From positions 62,001 through 126,000 of the IMG/VR virus record IMGVR_UViG_3300044625_001067: a stretch of DNA of 64,000 nt. One strand, given 5' to 3'. The number at the start of each line of letters is the position of its first letter. Positions within the stretch are counted from its first letter, which is position 1. Below are positions 30,868 through 40,018 of the stretch, piece by piece. The notes under the pieces were generated by a model. That model had not been told where the DNA came from and searched no databases. It saw only the letters and a list, made by a program, of their open reading frames with translations. A program made the translations under genes and the position numbers.

Positions 30868-32382
30868 CTAAGCTGCGGGGTTAAGAAGTCGAGTACGAAT
30901 GTTAGGCAGTGAGTTTACATCCTCCCCGTAAACCACGCTGTTTAAGAACACGGTGCGAAGCTCGCCTCGCTGCTCTTGCTCACGAGTCTGCTGTTGATGA
31001 AGAACAAAGTTCTCCCCATCCTTTTCAACTCGCAGTAGACCCAACGCCGACTTTTTCGTGCCGCGATCCGTAATGGGATCCTTCATGGTTTCGACGGCGA
31101 GACCGTTAATTTGCCCCCAGGTTGTTTTGTAAGCAATACCGAACGTGTCTCGTGTATGGTATTGGTAGGTGTAAGAACCGATACCAAACACAATGTTTTC
31201 GGACGCCCACCCAAGCTGCCTCATGTGCTCTAGGATGGCCCTGGCCCGTGGAAGAGTGATTGAGTCGCCGTAAATTAGGCCAACTCGAGGGTTCAGTACC
31301 TTGAAACCCTTCTCGTTTATCGTTCCTCCGAAGACCTCCCAGAGAAGCTCAAGCGAGCCTTTGTACTCTCGGCTACCTAGCTCAGCGTCAGCGTCACCGC
31401 AGATGATTTTCTCAGGGTTACCGCTGTCGGGACGGAAGACGACCTTAGCGATGCCCTGAGAATTCGGACAACGATTTAAGATGTCTTCCTTAAGTGCGGG
31501 TGCAATAACAGTCAGTGCATCCCAGTAGTTCCAAGTGTCAAAAACTACACTGACCGGCCCAGTTGGGTATACTTTTGTAATAATTCGACGAATTGTCTCT
31601 AATTCGTTTCTTTGACCGCCAAGGCAGGTCACACTGTGTTCCGTAGCGGGAATACTACCACCAATGAAATTGGACCCACAATCGTAGTAATCTTCCAAGT
31701 AGTCAATGGAAAGGATTGTATCCGTGCCCTTGAAAGAAAAAAGGTGTCCGATATTGTGTGCAGCGGCATCGTAAATGCCTCCGACTCCGCGAGCGGAGAA
31801 GTCGTGCCCCTGAAAGTCAACAAACTGCGGATTACTCCCTGTGATTTCAGCGTAGTGGTCGAGAAGACGGCGAAACTCGTAGGCGATGGTTGCCACGTTG
31901 ATGGCCTTCCACAGCTCAGACGACTTGGCGGTTTCGACATAGTTGGTTAGCCACGGGGCCAGCCACTTGAAGTCATTGTGAGTGTTTTGCGCCGTCAAAA
32001 ACGGCACTCCAATGTTAACACGGCTACCCTCGGGCAGTGCCTTCACATGTAGCGGCATGTAGCCCAGGTCGTGAAGCTCAGCAATGTGGTCAGTGCCGAC
32101 AACACCTTCTCCGAGCGAGGAGTCCATTCGCCGCTTGTATTTGTCCAACACCTTGGCCTTGGGTTGCTGAAAAAAGGTCTCATTCCAAAGATCCCTCAGC
32201 ATCCATTTCATTGTCCCCTGGATGTTGGCCACGACGATCTTGTGGTCGAAGTCAGCGGGCATGTTCGCCAGACGGTCGGACCTTGCCGTCATGTTGGCGT
32301 AGATTACTTCGGTGCCTTCAGGGTTTTGCGAAGGGTGTCCTGTCTTGTAAAAGTCGGTTGCGTGGGGCGCAAAAATTTTCAT
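30868..32382 (-). CDS. Nicotinamide phosphoribosyltransferase-family protein (Nampt/NadV; Namat candidate)
   Basis: TDFYKTGH, HDFSARG, GTDT, PATEHSV, RPDSG, IYGDSIT, FGIGS, KDPITD. Confidence 0.92.
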   Translation of the reverse strand: MKIFAPHATDFYKTGHPSQNPEGTEVIYANMTARSDRLANMPADFDHKIVVANIQGTMKWMLRDLWNETFFQQPKAKVLDKYKRRMDSSLGEGVVGTDHIAELHDLGYMPLHVKALPEGSRVNIGVPFLTAQNTHNDFKWLAPWLTNYVETAKSSELWKAINVATIAYEFRRLLDHYAEITGSNPQFVDFQGHDFSARGVGGIYDAAAHNIGHLFSFKGTDTILSIDYLEDYYDCGSNFIGGSIPATEHSVTCLGGQRNELETIRRIITKVYPTGPVSVVFDTWNYWDALTVIAPALKEDILNRCPNSQGIAKVVFRPDSGNPEKIICGDADAELGSREYKGSLELLWEVFGGTINEKGFKVLNPRVGLIYGDSITLPRARAILEHMRQLGWASENIVFGIGSYTYQYHTRDTFGIAYKTTWGQINGLAVETMKDPITDRGTKKSALGLLRVEKDGENFVLHQQQTREQEQRGELRTVFLNSVVYGEDVNSLPNIRTRLLNPAA

Positions 32383-33320
32383 GGTTGGTTGCGTGGGGTG
32401 GGGTAGTTTTCGGTACGAAGGTAGGTCAAGTACGAGGGTAACTCTTGGTAAAAGGCTTTATACGGGAGCAAGTTCGCAACGAAAAAGTTGTCGATTAAGC
32501 TCCCAAACACCTTAAAACCCTTGGAGAAAATTCCGTGAGTTACATAGAGGTCAATTCGAGACGGGTCGAACTGACGTAGCACCTTGGCGAGTTCGATAAA
32601 GGTGCGACCGCCATCGCAGATGTCGTCCACAATCAGAAGGTTTTTGCCCTTGTAACTGACGTCTTCTGGAACTTCCGTCCTTAGGATTTGCCCGTCTTCA
32701 GGGTTGCGAACTTTCGTAGCGTACACTACAGAGTGGAGCCCCAGTGTTTGTTGTACGAGGGTTGCTCTTTCGACTGCACCTTTATCCGGAGCAATCACAA
32801 TTGTCTCAGCACTAAACTCTTGCCCCCGGTCTTTGAACTTCTGGAGAAACAGTTGGGGTTGTAGGTTGTTGAACTCGCAGCCGATTTCGGTTCGAAAGAG
32901 CTCATTTGCAACGTGGCTGTGCACGTCCCATGTGTACACCCGGTCGCACACTCCCTTAAGATAAGGGGCGAGAGCTTTTACAAAAGTTCTTAGCGAAAAC
33001 GCTTCCCCTTCAGCGCACTGGCGGTCTTGGCGGCTATAAGGTAAGTACGGGATGTCCAATTGTAGACTTCGCAGCACAGGAAGGTCTTTGATGGCCGACA
33101 GAGTCAGAAGAAGTTCTGCGAAACTTTCTCCGCTGTGTATGTCTGCGTCTACGATAATGTCAGTCGAATTTGTTGGAGTGTCGTGCAACCGGACCTGCCT
33201 TTCACCGGCACTGAACGTAAAGGAGGTCTTTGAAATCTTGTACAGGTTTTGTCCGTCGCGATTCGAGTAAACCTCAATCGGCTCTGTTTTCTGATACTCT
33301 TTAGTTTCGGTCACGTGCAT
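32379..33320 (-). CDS. Ribose-phosphate pyrophosphokinase-like protein (Prs family; Adps candidate)
   Basis: FSAGE, PYLPYSRQDR, DVHS, APDKGA, IVDDICDGGRTF, VTHGIFS; ATGA-coupled to the Nampt-like gene. Confidence 0.92.
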   Translation of the reverse strand: MHVTETKEYQKTEPIEVYSNRDGQNLYKISKTSFTFSAGERQVRLHDTPTNSTDIIVDADIHSGESFAELLLTLSAIKDLPVLRSLQLDIPYLPYSRQDRQCAEGEAFSLRTFVKALAPYLKGVCDRVYTWDVHSHVANELFRTEIGCEFNNLQPQLFLQKFKDRGQEFSAETIVIAPDKGAVERATLVQQTLGLHSVVYATKVRNPEDGQILRTEVPEDVSYKGKNLLIVDDICDGGRTFIELAKVLRQFDPSRIDLYVTHGIFSKGFKVFGSLIDNFFVANLLPYKAFYQELPSYLTYLRTENYPTPRNQP

Positions 33321-33342
33321 TGTTGTTTTACGGTGTGAGCTT

Positions 33343-33386
33343 ACTATAGCTTGTTTAGGGGCGAGGGTAAAGGACGGTTTCCCGCC
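33343..33386 (-). promoter_or_regulatory. Repeated early promoter element (variant, box inverted)
   Basis: TTTACC-17-TATAGT, GGCGGGAAACCGTCC. Confidence 0.65.
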
Positions 33387-33667
33387 GCGTACGGGGGGGT
33401 GAAACTAGACCGTGTACCCACTTCCGCTGCACTCGTACGGTAAGTCCTGCAGTACTCGGTAGTAAAGCTCACGATACGCATCGTAGGCAATCATCTCCAT
33501 CCACAAAACAAGAGAATAATCTACCCCCATGAACTCGTCAAAGTCTTCCGCTGTGGAGCGAAGGTAGCAGTCTCCAATCTCCCCGTCTCTCTCAAACTGT
33601 TCGTAGTCTTCGGTTAGTTGTTGGAGGTTTTGCTTGGTAAGTGCTTGGATTCTGTCTCTGAGGGTTT

Positions 33668-34036
33668 TCATTGGGTTTGCTCCGGCGAGTGGGTTAACGG
33701 GGAGGTGCGAGTGCGAAAGGGCAGGACATACTGAGTCTCTTCGGACAAATCGAGACTTTCTTGCGCGAGTTGCTCGTATGAGAGCAGCTTAATTGAGAGA
33801 GCACAGTCAAAAGCTTTGGCCACTTTCACCAGGAGATCTATGCTGTGGTCGTTTATCTCGGGGTCTTCTAACCACTCTACGACTCTCAATTTGACCCCAA
33901 CCTTGTCTGCAAGTTGTTGTTTTGTCAGACCTCGCTTTAGTCTGTTTATTTTTACTTGCCAGGAAATCGCTTGCTCAATGGAGGCTTCCATGTAAGCTTC
34001 TCGGTACTCTTTGTCGTCCCACTGCGGGTTTGTCAT
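33668..34036 (-). CDS. XRE-family HTH protein (antitoxin-like)
   Basis: RLKRGLTKQQLADKVGV...WLE...SIDLLVKVAKAF. Confidence 0.8.
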   Translation of the reverse strand: MTNPQWDDKEYREAYMEASIEQAISWQVKINRLKRGLTKQQLADKVGVKLRVVEWLEDPEINDHSIDLLVKVAKAFDCALSIKLLSYEQLAQESLDLSEETQYVLPFRTRTSPLTHSPEQTQ

Positions 34037-34059
34037 TGCGGGTGTCCTTCAACTGATTT

Positions 34060-34105
34060 AGTATAGCGTTTCTGCGATGCAGAAACAAGGGCGGGAAACC
34101 GCCCC
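34060..34105 (-). promoter_or_regulatory. Repeated early promoter element
   Basis: TTGTTT-17-TATACT, hairpin GTTTCTGC-3-GCAGAAAC. Confidence 0.8.
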
Positions 34106-34240
34106 CCTTGACCCACCGTATGTTTAATCGGGGGCAACCCGTGAGGGTTCCTCTGCTGCCGCCCTAAAAATCTCGTCTATTTTCCTGTGCGCCCTAGTGC
34201 TTCACATATCAGAAACAGCCTAAGTCATTTTAAGTAAAGA

Positions 34241-34263
34241 GGGGGGGGGGTTCACCCCCCCCC
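34241..34263 (-). terminator. Probable intrinsic terminator hairpin
   Basis: G10-TTCA-C9 inverted repeat 16 nt after the stop of the beta-barrel gene, followed by TCTTTACTT on the minus strand. Confidence 0.6.
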
Positions 34264-34279
34264 GTTCTTCTGACGGTAA

Positions 34280-34846
34280 TCAGAACTTGAAACCGAGGCC
34301 AACGGTGCCGACAGGTGCGTAGGCCGTCCCCGAAACACCATTCGTTTGAGTGGGGAACTTCACGTCAGCGAACCCGACGAGAGACGGCGAGAAGGAACGC
34401 TCAACACCTGCAACGAAGAGGAACTGGGATCCTTGTCCTACACTTGTCTGGTAGTTGGCTTGTCCGTTGTTCGTCAACGCCCATTGACCACCTACACCAA
34501 CGTAAACGTTCGTGTCACTCATATACGAATCAGCAACTTCGCGTCCGGTTAAGGAGAAATCAACGGTGCCAAGGACACCAGCGGCAGAGCCAATTTGGCT
34601 GTCGGGGCCAGCCGCAAAGTTAAAGAAAGGGCGAACAGAGGCGGATACATTGGAAGGCTCGCTCAGACGGAACCGCGACTGAACCGCGACTCCAGCGACG
34701 GTGCGGTTCGAAGTGTACTCAGTACCGTCAACTCCTTGGCGGTTAAGATTCACTCCAACTCCGACGTAGTTTCCAACCTCGGACGCCACTACCGGAGTTG
34801 ACAGGAAGGAAGCAACTGCTAACGCGGGAATAAGTTTAAAAGTCAT
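34280..34846 (-). CDS. Outer-membrane beta-barrel protein
   Basis: Signal peptide, alternating amphipathic strands (NYVGVG, VYVGVG), terminal GLGFKF. Confidence 0.8.
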   Translation of the reverse strand: MTFKLIPALAVASFLSTPVVASEVGNYVGVGVNLNRQGVDGTEYTSNRTVAGVAVQSRFRLSEPSNVSASVRPFFNFAAGPDSQIGSAAGVLGTVDFSLTGREVADSYMSDTNVYVGVGGQWALTNNGQANYQTSVGQGSQFLFVAGVERSFSPSLVGFADVKFPTQTNGVSGTAYAPVGTVGLGFKF

Positions 34847-34969
34847 GTTTGTTTTTGTGTGTGTTTTTCTGTACAGAACCGGGTTACATATCCCGGAAGG
34901 TAGTTGTAAGGGTGCGAACCTTTGCAAAACTTTGCTAACCCTCTTAGAGTTACAACTACGGTGGTTGCG

Positions 34970-35215
34970 TTAGTTCTCAGGGCTTATGGAGCCATGGCCA
35001 GGGCCATAAGTACAAAGGGCGACAGGGCTGCCGTTCTCCGTGCCTTCGGTCCAGTTTCCCCCAGATCGAACACAGTCACTCATTCTGTACGGACTTTTAC
35101 CAAAGAGTAAACTCGATGAGACAGAAAGGAGTATGACAGTGATAGACACGAAAATTAAGAGTTCTATGAGAGTGAAGCCGTTAGGTGCTTTCGGTTTAAG
35201 ATGTAACATTTTCAT
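34970..35215 (-). CDS. Type IV pilin-like protein
   Basis: Class III signal peptide G/FTLIEL with E5, hydrophobic helix, C-terminal Cys pair. Confidence 0.8.
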   Translation of the reverse strand: MKMLHLKPKAPNGFTLIELLIFVSITVILLSVSSSLLFGKSPYRMSDCVRSGGNWTEGTENGSPVALCTYGPGHGSISPEN

Positions 35216-35478
35216 GGACTAACCTCAAGAGAATTACATTCAATGGTGAAAAACGGTGTTGAACGGGTAGGCAATATTGTGAATACAATCCCGAGCACTC
35301 TTGCAACATCTGCCACAAATCCCACGTCTACCTCGGAGCCACGCTCAATCTTTCGAAGAAGTTCTACGGGTATTTGTGCAGCAAACGCAATGTCCTGCTT
35401 GGACCATCCCTGAGAAAGCCGTGCTTCGCACAATTGAGTCCCAAATCGTTGGGCGTGGGTTGAGTCGTAGAAAATCAT
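35212..35478 (-). CDS. XRE-family HTH protein
   Basis: ARLSQGWSKQDIAFAAQI...KIERG...VARVLG. Confidence 0.8.
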   Translation of the reverse strand: MIFYDSTHAQRFGTQLCEARLSQGWSKQDIAFAAQIPVELLRKIERGSEVDVGFVADVARVLGIVFTILPTRSTPFFTIECNSLEVSP

Positions 35479-35530
35479 TGGGCAAGATGGCTAAGGAAAG
35501 GGTGACAACCAGGGTCATCACCCGAAGGGG

Positions 35531-35884
35531 CTAAATGCGAGTGATGCAAACGTTAGCGAGTCCACTCTCAGTTACTCGGAGACGCTGAGCAGATCCGTGC
35601 CCCAGGTCGATGATTCGTCCACCGACATAGGGTCCTCGGTCGTTAATGCGAACGTCGGCAATAAGCCCGTTGTCGCGATTGACAACTCGCACCCAAGACC
35701 CGAGGGGGAGGTACGGGTGAGCAGCGGTCATGGTTCCGGGTCGGAAAGTCTCTCCGTTGGCAGTTTTATTTCCGTAGAGGCCTGGACCGTACCAGCTGGC
35801 TTGACCGCACTGCCTTGCTTGAGCGGGTGCTCCGGAGAGAAGTCCGGCGGCGAGAAAGAATGAAGCGAGTCTTGTAAGACGCAT
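35531..35884 (-). CDS. rlpA: RlpA-like double-psi beta-barrel lytic transglycosylase
   Basis: Signal peptide, GQASWYG, TANGE, TAAHPYLPLG, VRINDRGPY, RIIDL; start moved to ATG 35884. Confidence 0.9.
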   Translation of the reverse strand: MRLTRLASFFLAAGLLSGAPAQARQCGQASWYGPGLYGNKTANGETFRPGTMTAAHPYLPLGSWVRVVNRDNGLIADVRINDRGPYVGGRIIDLGHGSAQRLRVTESGLANVCITRI

Positions 35885-35993
35885 GAAAAAAGTAGAGTTC
35901 AACATCCGTGTTTGTTGCATTGCGCAACCACGGCTCAGTGCCCGTTGGCCCAGCGAAGGTGTACCTAGCTGAAGCCGTTTCGGGCTGGACTCA

Positions 35994-36038
35994 AGCTTAG
36001 CTCGTAAAAGGCCCAAGGTAAAGTTCGGGAAACCGCCC
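35994..36038 (-). promoter_or_regulatory. Repeated early promoter element (variant)
   Basis: GGGCGGTTTCCC box, TTTACC-17-TAAGCT. Confidence 0.6.
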
Positions 36039-36039
36039 A

Positions 36040-36678
36040 TCAACCTTCCTCCTGGCGCAGCATCGCCAAGTTGTTTTCGTAGAAGAGGCGAAGGTTGTCG
36101 TAGGTTTTGACCGGCTGATCGTAGTAACTGCTTCCATTGTAAGTTGGAAGGGAAGCCCATTCTGGTGCGAGTCTTGCGAGTAGAGTTGGGGTAATCTTCC
36201 CAGAGTCAGCGAGGTGCAAAGCGTCGCGTCGCTCTATTAAGTACAAGGCAGCCTGATCCTGGTTAGTGGGACCGAAATCGCTTAGGTTGAGCTTTCGGGC
36301 TGCCTCATACCAAGTACTTGGCAGAAACTGGTAGGCCCCCGCTGCTGCGCTAGCATAACGCAGCGAGTAACGTACTTGATTTGGATGTCTGTCTAGCGTG
36401 GACACCGTTCCACCCCCAAATACAACCCGGTAGCCATCATTATGGCCGTCTTTCCAAGTTCCTTCAGCGAAGCGAATGGTGTTTAAAAGGGCTCGACGCT
36501 CTGGGGTGAGTTTGTAAGCGTGAGTCGGCAGAGAATTGATTGGACCGCAGCCTGTGCAAATGAAGCGCGATTCGAAAGTTGTTTCTGGGGCAATGTCCCT
36601 AGCGGCAACGGTGTTGCTGAAAGGGGTTGCAGCAGTTCCAACGAGGGAGACGGCCATAAGTGTAGCAAGGTTGAGCAT
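36040..36678 (-). CDS. Lambda-R-like muramidase/lytic transglycosylase (GH104-type) with signal peptide
   Basis: ALLNTIRFAEGT, AAGAYQFL, DFGPTNQD, EWASLP. Confidence 0.9.
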   Translation of the reverse strand: MLNLATLMAVSLVGTAATPFSNTVAARDIAPETTFESRFICTGCGPINSLPTHAYKLTPERRALLNTIRFAEGTWKDGHNDGYRVVFGGGTVSTLDRHPNQVRYSLRYASAAAGAYQFLPSTWYEAARKLNLSDFGPTNQDQAALYLIERRDALHLADSGKITPTLLARLAPEWASLPTYNGSSYYDQPVKTYDNLRLFYENNLAMLRQEEG

Positions 36679-37203
36679 TTATTGAAGAGAATTCGGCATC
36701 CGTATAGGAAACGGTCACTCACCTGTTTCAAGGTGCGTTTTCCCACGGCACATTTGATTTAAGAGCGCAATGTTAGGCTCCGAGTCCTACCTTGTCTGCG
36801 AAGACAGGGAACCCACTCATAACGGGCGACGTATTTACGTCTCAGGACTTTCACAGTATATCGCTTTCTCGAATTGGTAAACTACCCGGCGTTGAAGGCG
36901 ATAGGTATGTGTTCCACGCAATATTCACGGAATAATTCTTTCGTTTCTTCCCAGCTTTCCTCGCTCGCTGGCTTCCCGAGTGCGGCTGCGGCTTGAGGAA
37001 TGTTTCACTGGGCTGTGAAGAGCTTTTCCATTGCCCAAGTATGATCAATGTCTTTCACTACCCTTCTTGGGATTCCTTAACCGTGGTCTTTCACTCGGAG
37101 GTGAAACCTCAAAGTAAACATCTTGCATCCTCTCTTTCAAGCCTGACTCAGGCTTGGGGGGTGTTTTCTCAATGTCCTTCATAGTAAGTGTTTAAGGTGA
37201 AAA

Positions 37204-38124
37204 CTAGTCGAGTTCAACGACAAGAACGCCGTCTTCTCTTTTTGTAACTTTGCGAACGGTTTGTTCGGTGTTTCGAGGTAAGATAGCCTCATTTTCATAA
37301 GGTACATCAGAATACATGTTTACCGGAGTTAAACTTCTATTCTTTGAGACAAACAAGACACTTCTAGACGTTCTGGAAGCACCAAGGAAACCATTTGCAG
37401 TCTTTTCGTCTAAGGAATAGGACCCGAAACCGGGGTCTTTTAGAACGGACCCAGGGGTCAGTTTTTCCACTTGGGCGTACAAGTCAGCGGATTTTAACGG
37501 GAAATTAACCCCACGATAGAATGAGATACCTTCATTGTTTTTCGGGAGCTTACCTAGAGCTGAATCAAATTCTTTTACAAACTCCTTAGTGATCTCAGGT
37601 TTTTTGCAAGTGGGAGGGTTTCTTAAACAGGCGTTAGTCTTTTTGTGCGGGCGGTCAGACATGTCTGAGGGGGCTGTGTAGTCATAAACGGATTTAGCCT
37701 CCGCGCTACTTAGCTTAACCTTTCTTTGTGCTTCGTTTATCCTTGTAAGGACTTCTTCATGTGTGTCTTTCTTTGACACCTTTTGTTGGTTGTCCTGTGC
37801 TAGCTTATCTGTAAGCTTTTCGAGAGAGGAGTTCAGTTCAATGGGTATCTTTTTACTTGGCTTAACCTTCGCCCCGGTACTCTTTGTTTTTCTCGGCGTC
37901 TTAGTGGCTTTCGCACGCTTAGGCTTTTTAGTTGCCACCTCTTTCGCTTGCTTTGTACCTTTCCTGCACTTTCCAGAAGTCCCGTACGCAGTACCGTCCT
38001 CTCGAACACAACGAGTGTAGTCGTACGGCTCTAAGCCTAGCTCAGAGAAGTTACAGGACGATAGTGCTCCAACCATCTCTTCGCACTTCCTTAGCGATTG
38101 CTCTGAAAAAGACCCTTGGCTCAT
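37204..38124 (-). CDS. Tag-fused ADP-ribosyltransferase (R-S-E clade, VIP2/Alt-like)
   Basis: N-terminal RCVREDGTAYGTSGKCRKG tag; C-terminal FYRG, GFGSYS, ENEAILPR. Confidence 0.85.
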   Translation of the reverse strand: MSQGSFSEQSLRKCEEMVGALSSCNFSELGLEPYDYTRCVREDGTAYGTSGKCRKGTKQAKEVATKKPKRAKATKTPRKTKSTGAKVKPSKKIPIELNSSLEKLTDKLAQDNQQKVSKKDTHEEVLTRINEAQRKVKLSSAEAKSVYDYTAPSDMSDRPHKKTNACLRNPPTCKKPEITKEFVKEFDSALGKLPKNNEGISFYRGVNFPLKSADLYAQVEKLTPGSVLKDPGFGSYSLDEKTANGFLGASRTSRSVLFVSKNRSLTPVNMYSDVPYENEAILPRNTEQTVRKVTKREDGVLVVELD

Positions 38125-38195
38125 AACTGCGACTACTCTTATAAACAAACTTACCCCTAATGCACCCACGACGGGGGTGAGTTTTCAATGAGGAC

Positions 38196-38351
38196 TCACA
38201 GAGTCGATTTGTATCGGTTCAACCCTTTCAGAAAGGTTTTCATGTCTGGGGCCTGCGCAGCATCCTGTCGAAATTGCTCGCGGGAATCAGCTGCAATATT
38301 CTGAATGAGTGCCGCGAGAGTGCGACTGGTTGTGGGGTCGTTAAGGTTCAT
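38196..38351 (-). CDS. 51-aa helical protein coupled to the upstream ART-like gene (not in ORF track)
   Basis: MNLNDPTTSRTLAALIQNIAADSREQFRQDAAQAPDMKTFLKGLNRYKSTL; ATG 1 nt after the upstream stop. Confidence 0.65.
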   Translation of the reverse strand: MNLNDPTTSRTLAALIQNIAADSREQFRQDAAQAPDMKTFLKGLNRYKSTL

Positions 38352-38352
38352 T

Positions 38353-39552
38353 TTAGTCCGGTGTTAATTCAGGGTCGTTCGCTACGATGATTGCTCCACG
38401 GTTGAGAACAACCCAGAAGTCTTGGCCATCGGTCTGTGGAACTCTATACGCATGTATTCCCAGAGATGCAGCGGCTGACCCCACATCGTGATGGTCGTAC
38501 CCCGTAATCTCTCTTGCTTTCTGCAGGGTCTCTCCTTCCCACTGCCTAAACTGCTTCCCGTCTCCCTCAAACTGTACGAGTCGAGCGTCGGACCGGAATG
38601 CAAACGCTGAAACCCTTAGTGTTTTATTTCCACTTTCCCCAGAGTAGTCTTTCGCTGTATCTTGGGCCCATCTATCATGCTTAACCTTGCCAGATAAAGG
38701 GGAAGAAGCAGAGTAACTCCCACTCCCGTAAATCCCGCCACCAGGAAAGTGCTTGTCTCCGTCTGGACCACCACCTTTGAACTGCAAGGAAAACTCATTT
38801 GAACCTACGCCGCGATAAGCCACAATTGGCCTTCCGTCGGGGTTCCGGGCTATATCTTTTCTTGATTCCAGTTCCGATCGTGTTGCAACAACCTCCGGTC
38901 GAGCATGAAAACCTTGCCGTTCGTACACAGAAGTGAGAATCGGCGGTAACAAGGTGCCCTTGCGAGCACTCGAAAGTGTTCGACCGAGCTCCATACCTTC
39001 CTTTTGCAGATGTAAAAGCTTCTCTCTTGACACGTCGTCGGTAGGCTCTCCTATTGCTCGGACTCTTTTCTTCAGTGCTTCAAGTTCCTTTTCGAGAAGC
39101 TCAACCTCTTTCTCAACCGTGGCTTTCAGTAAAGGTTTGCTCGATCCAGGTGTTTGCGTGTACTTCGGCGAGTTTCTCACCAATTCGTCGTATTGATCCT
39201 GAAGGGCACCCTTTTGTTGTGTTTGCTCTGCCTTCTTCGCCAAGTGAGTCTTTAGGCGAAGATACCGTAAGGCGGTAAGGGCACTCTCTGTGAGGGGTGT
39301 GCGGTACCCTGGCTTTGACAAAAGCATTCCCTCAAGAGTCCTTAGATTCTTGTTTAGAGCGTCAGGATCATTCTTTTCGTAAATCTTGACATTTTTGAGA
39401 ACAGACTCTCTTCGAGTGCTACGGTCTTCTTTTGCGGACTCCACTCCCTTGCGACATTGTCCTGCTGTACCGTACACCCCACCGTCCGGTTTCACACAAC
39501 GTGTAAAGTCGTGCACAAACGCTAGGGTATCGGGGGAAATTTCTCCGTACAT
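38353..39552 (-). CDS. Tag-fused protein with C-terminal ART-like fold
   Basis: N-terminal RCVKPDGGVYGTAGQCRKG tag, coiled coil, then AYRG...GGGIYGSGSY...AKDY...WVVLNR. Confidence 0.65.
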   Translation of the reverse strand: MYGEISPDTLAFVHDFTRCVKPDGGVYGTAGQCRKGVESAKEDRSTRRESVLKNVKIYEKNDPDALNKNLRTLEGMLLSKPGYRTPLTESALTALRYLRLKTHLAKKAEQTQQKGALQDQYDELVRNSPKYTQTPGSSKPLLKATVEKEVELLEKELEALKKRVRAIGEPTDDVSREKLLHLQKEGMELGRTLSSARKGTLLPPILTSVYERQGFHARPEVVATRSELESRKDIARNPDGRPIVAYRGVGSNEFSLQFKGGGPDGDKHFPGGGIYGSGSYSASSPLSGKVKHDRWAQDTAKDYSGESGNKTLRVSAFAFRSDARLVQFEGDGKQFRQWEGETLQKAREITGYDHHDVGSAAASLGIHAYRVPQTDGQDFWVVLNRGAIIVANDPELTPD

Positions 39553-39582
39553 TCGTACAACCGAACTAAGCACCAGGGTACT

Positions 39583-39990
39583 TTACCCCTCCGCGTGGTT
39601 CACCAAGCGGCCTTCCCGCATTAGTGAGAAAAAATGTGAAGCTACCGTTTGCCCCTTGATGTCCACCGGCGTAGCCCTGAGGGGAACCCACAGAGGGAAC
39701 TCAGAGAGCACATAGCGGTGGTCTTCGTCGACCAGGCACGCTAGGGCACTGGGGTCAAACCCCTTGTAGTCTGGATCGTGAAATTCTACCACCGAGAGTC
39801 CGTAACTCCGAAGAACACACGAGAGTTGCAAAAGCTCCCATTTGCTCTCAACCGACAGCCACACAAAGGGTGGGTGTTCCTTGGCTAAAGACTCAGGGTG
39901 CAACCTCGCAAACTCGACTTGTGCGTGAGCCGCCTGAATAGCTTGCTGAGCAGGGTCAAGGTCGCGGCGTGTGATCGCGTAGAAATGCAT
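39583..39990 (-). CDS. Peptidyl-tRNA hydrolase 2-like protein
   Basis: YAITRRDL...QAIQAAHA, F.DPD...ALA, L..FPL. Confidence 0.65.
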   Translation of the reverse strand: MHFYAITRRDLDPAQQAIQAAHAQVEFARLHPESLAKEHPPFVWLSVESKWELLQLSCVLRSYGLSVVEFHDPDYKGFDPSALACLVDEDHRYVLSEFPLWVPLRATPVDIKGQTVASHFFSLMREGRLVNHAEG

Positions 39991-40018
39991 TTGCGGTTTC
40001 GAGAGCTTAAGTAAGGGT

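Noticed and set aside
35885-36160. Long N-terminal extensions of track ORFs (e.g. RlpA from 36160, also 11880, 23250, 25518, 60425)
   Set aside because: The extensions run through promoter elements or upstream genes; downstream ATGs give sensible starts and signal peptides.
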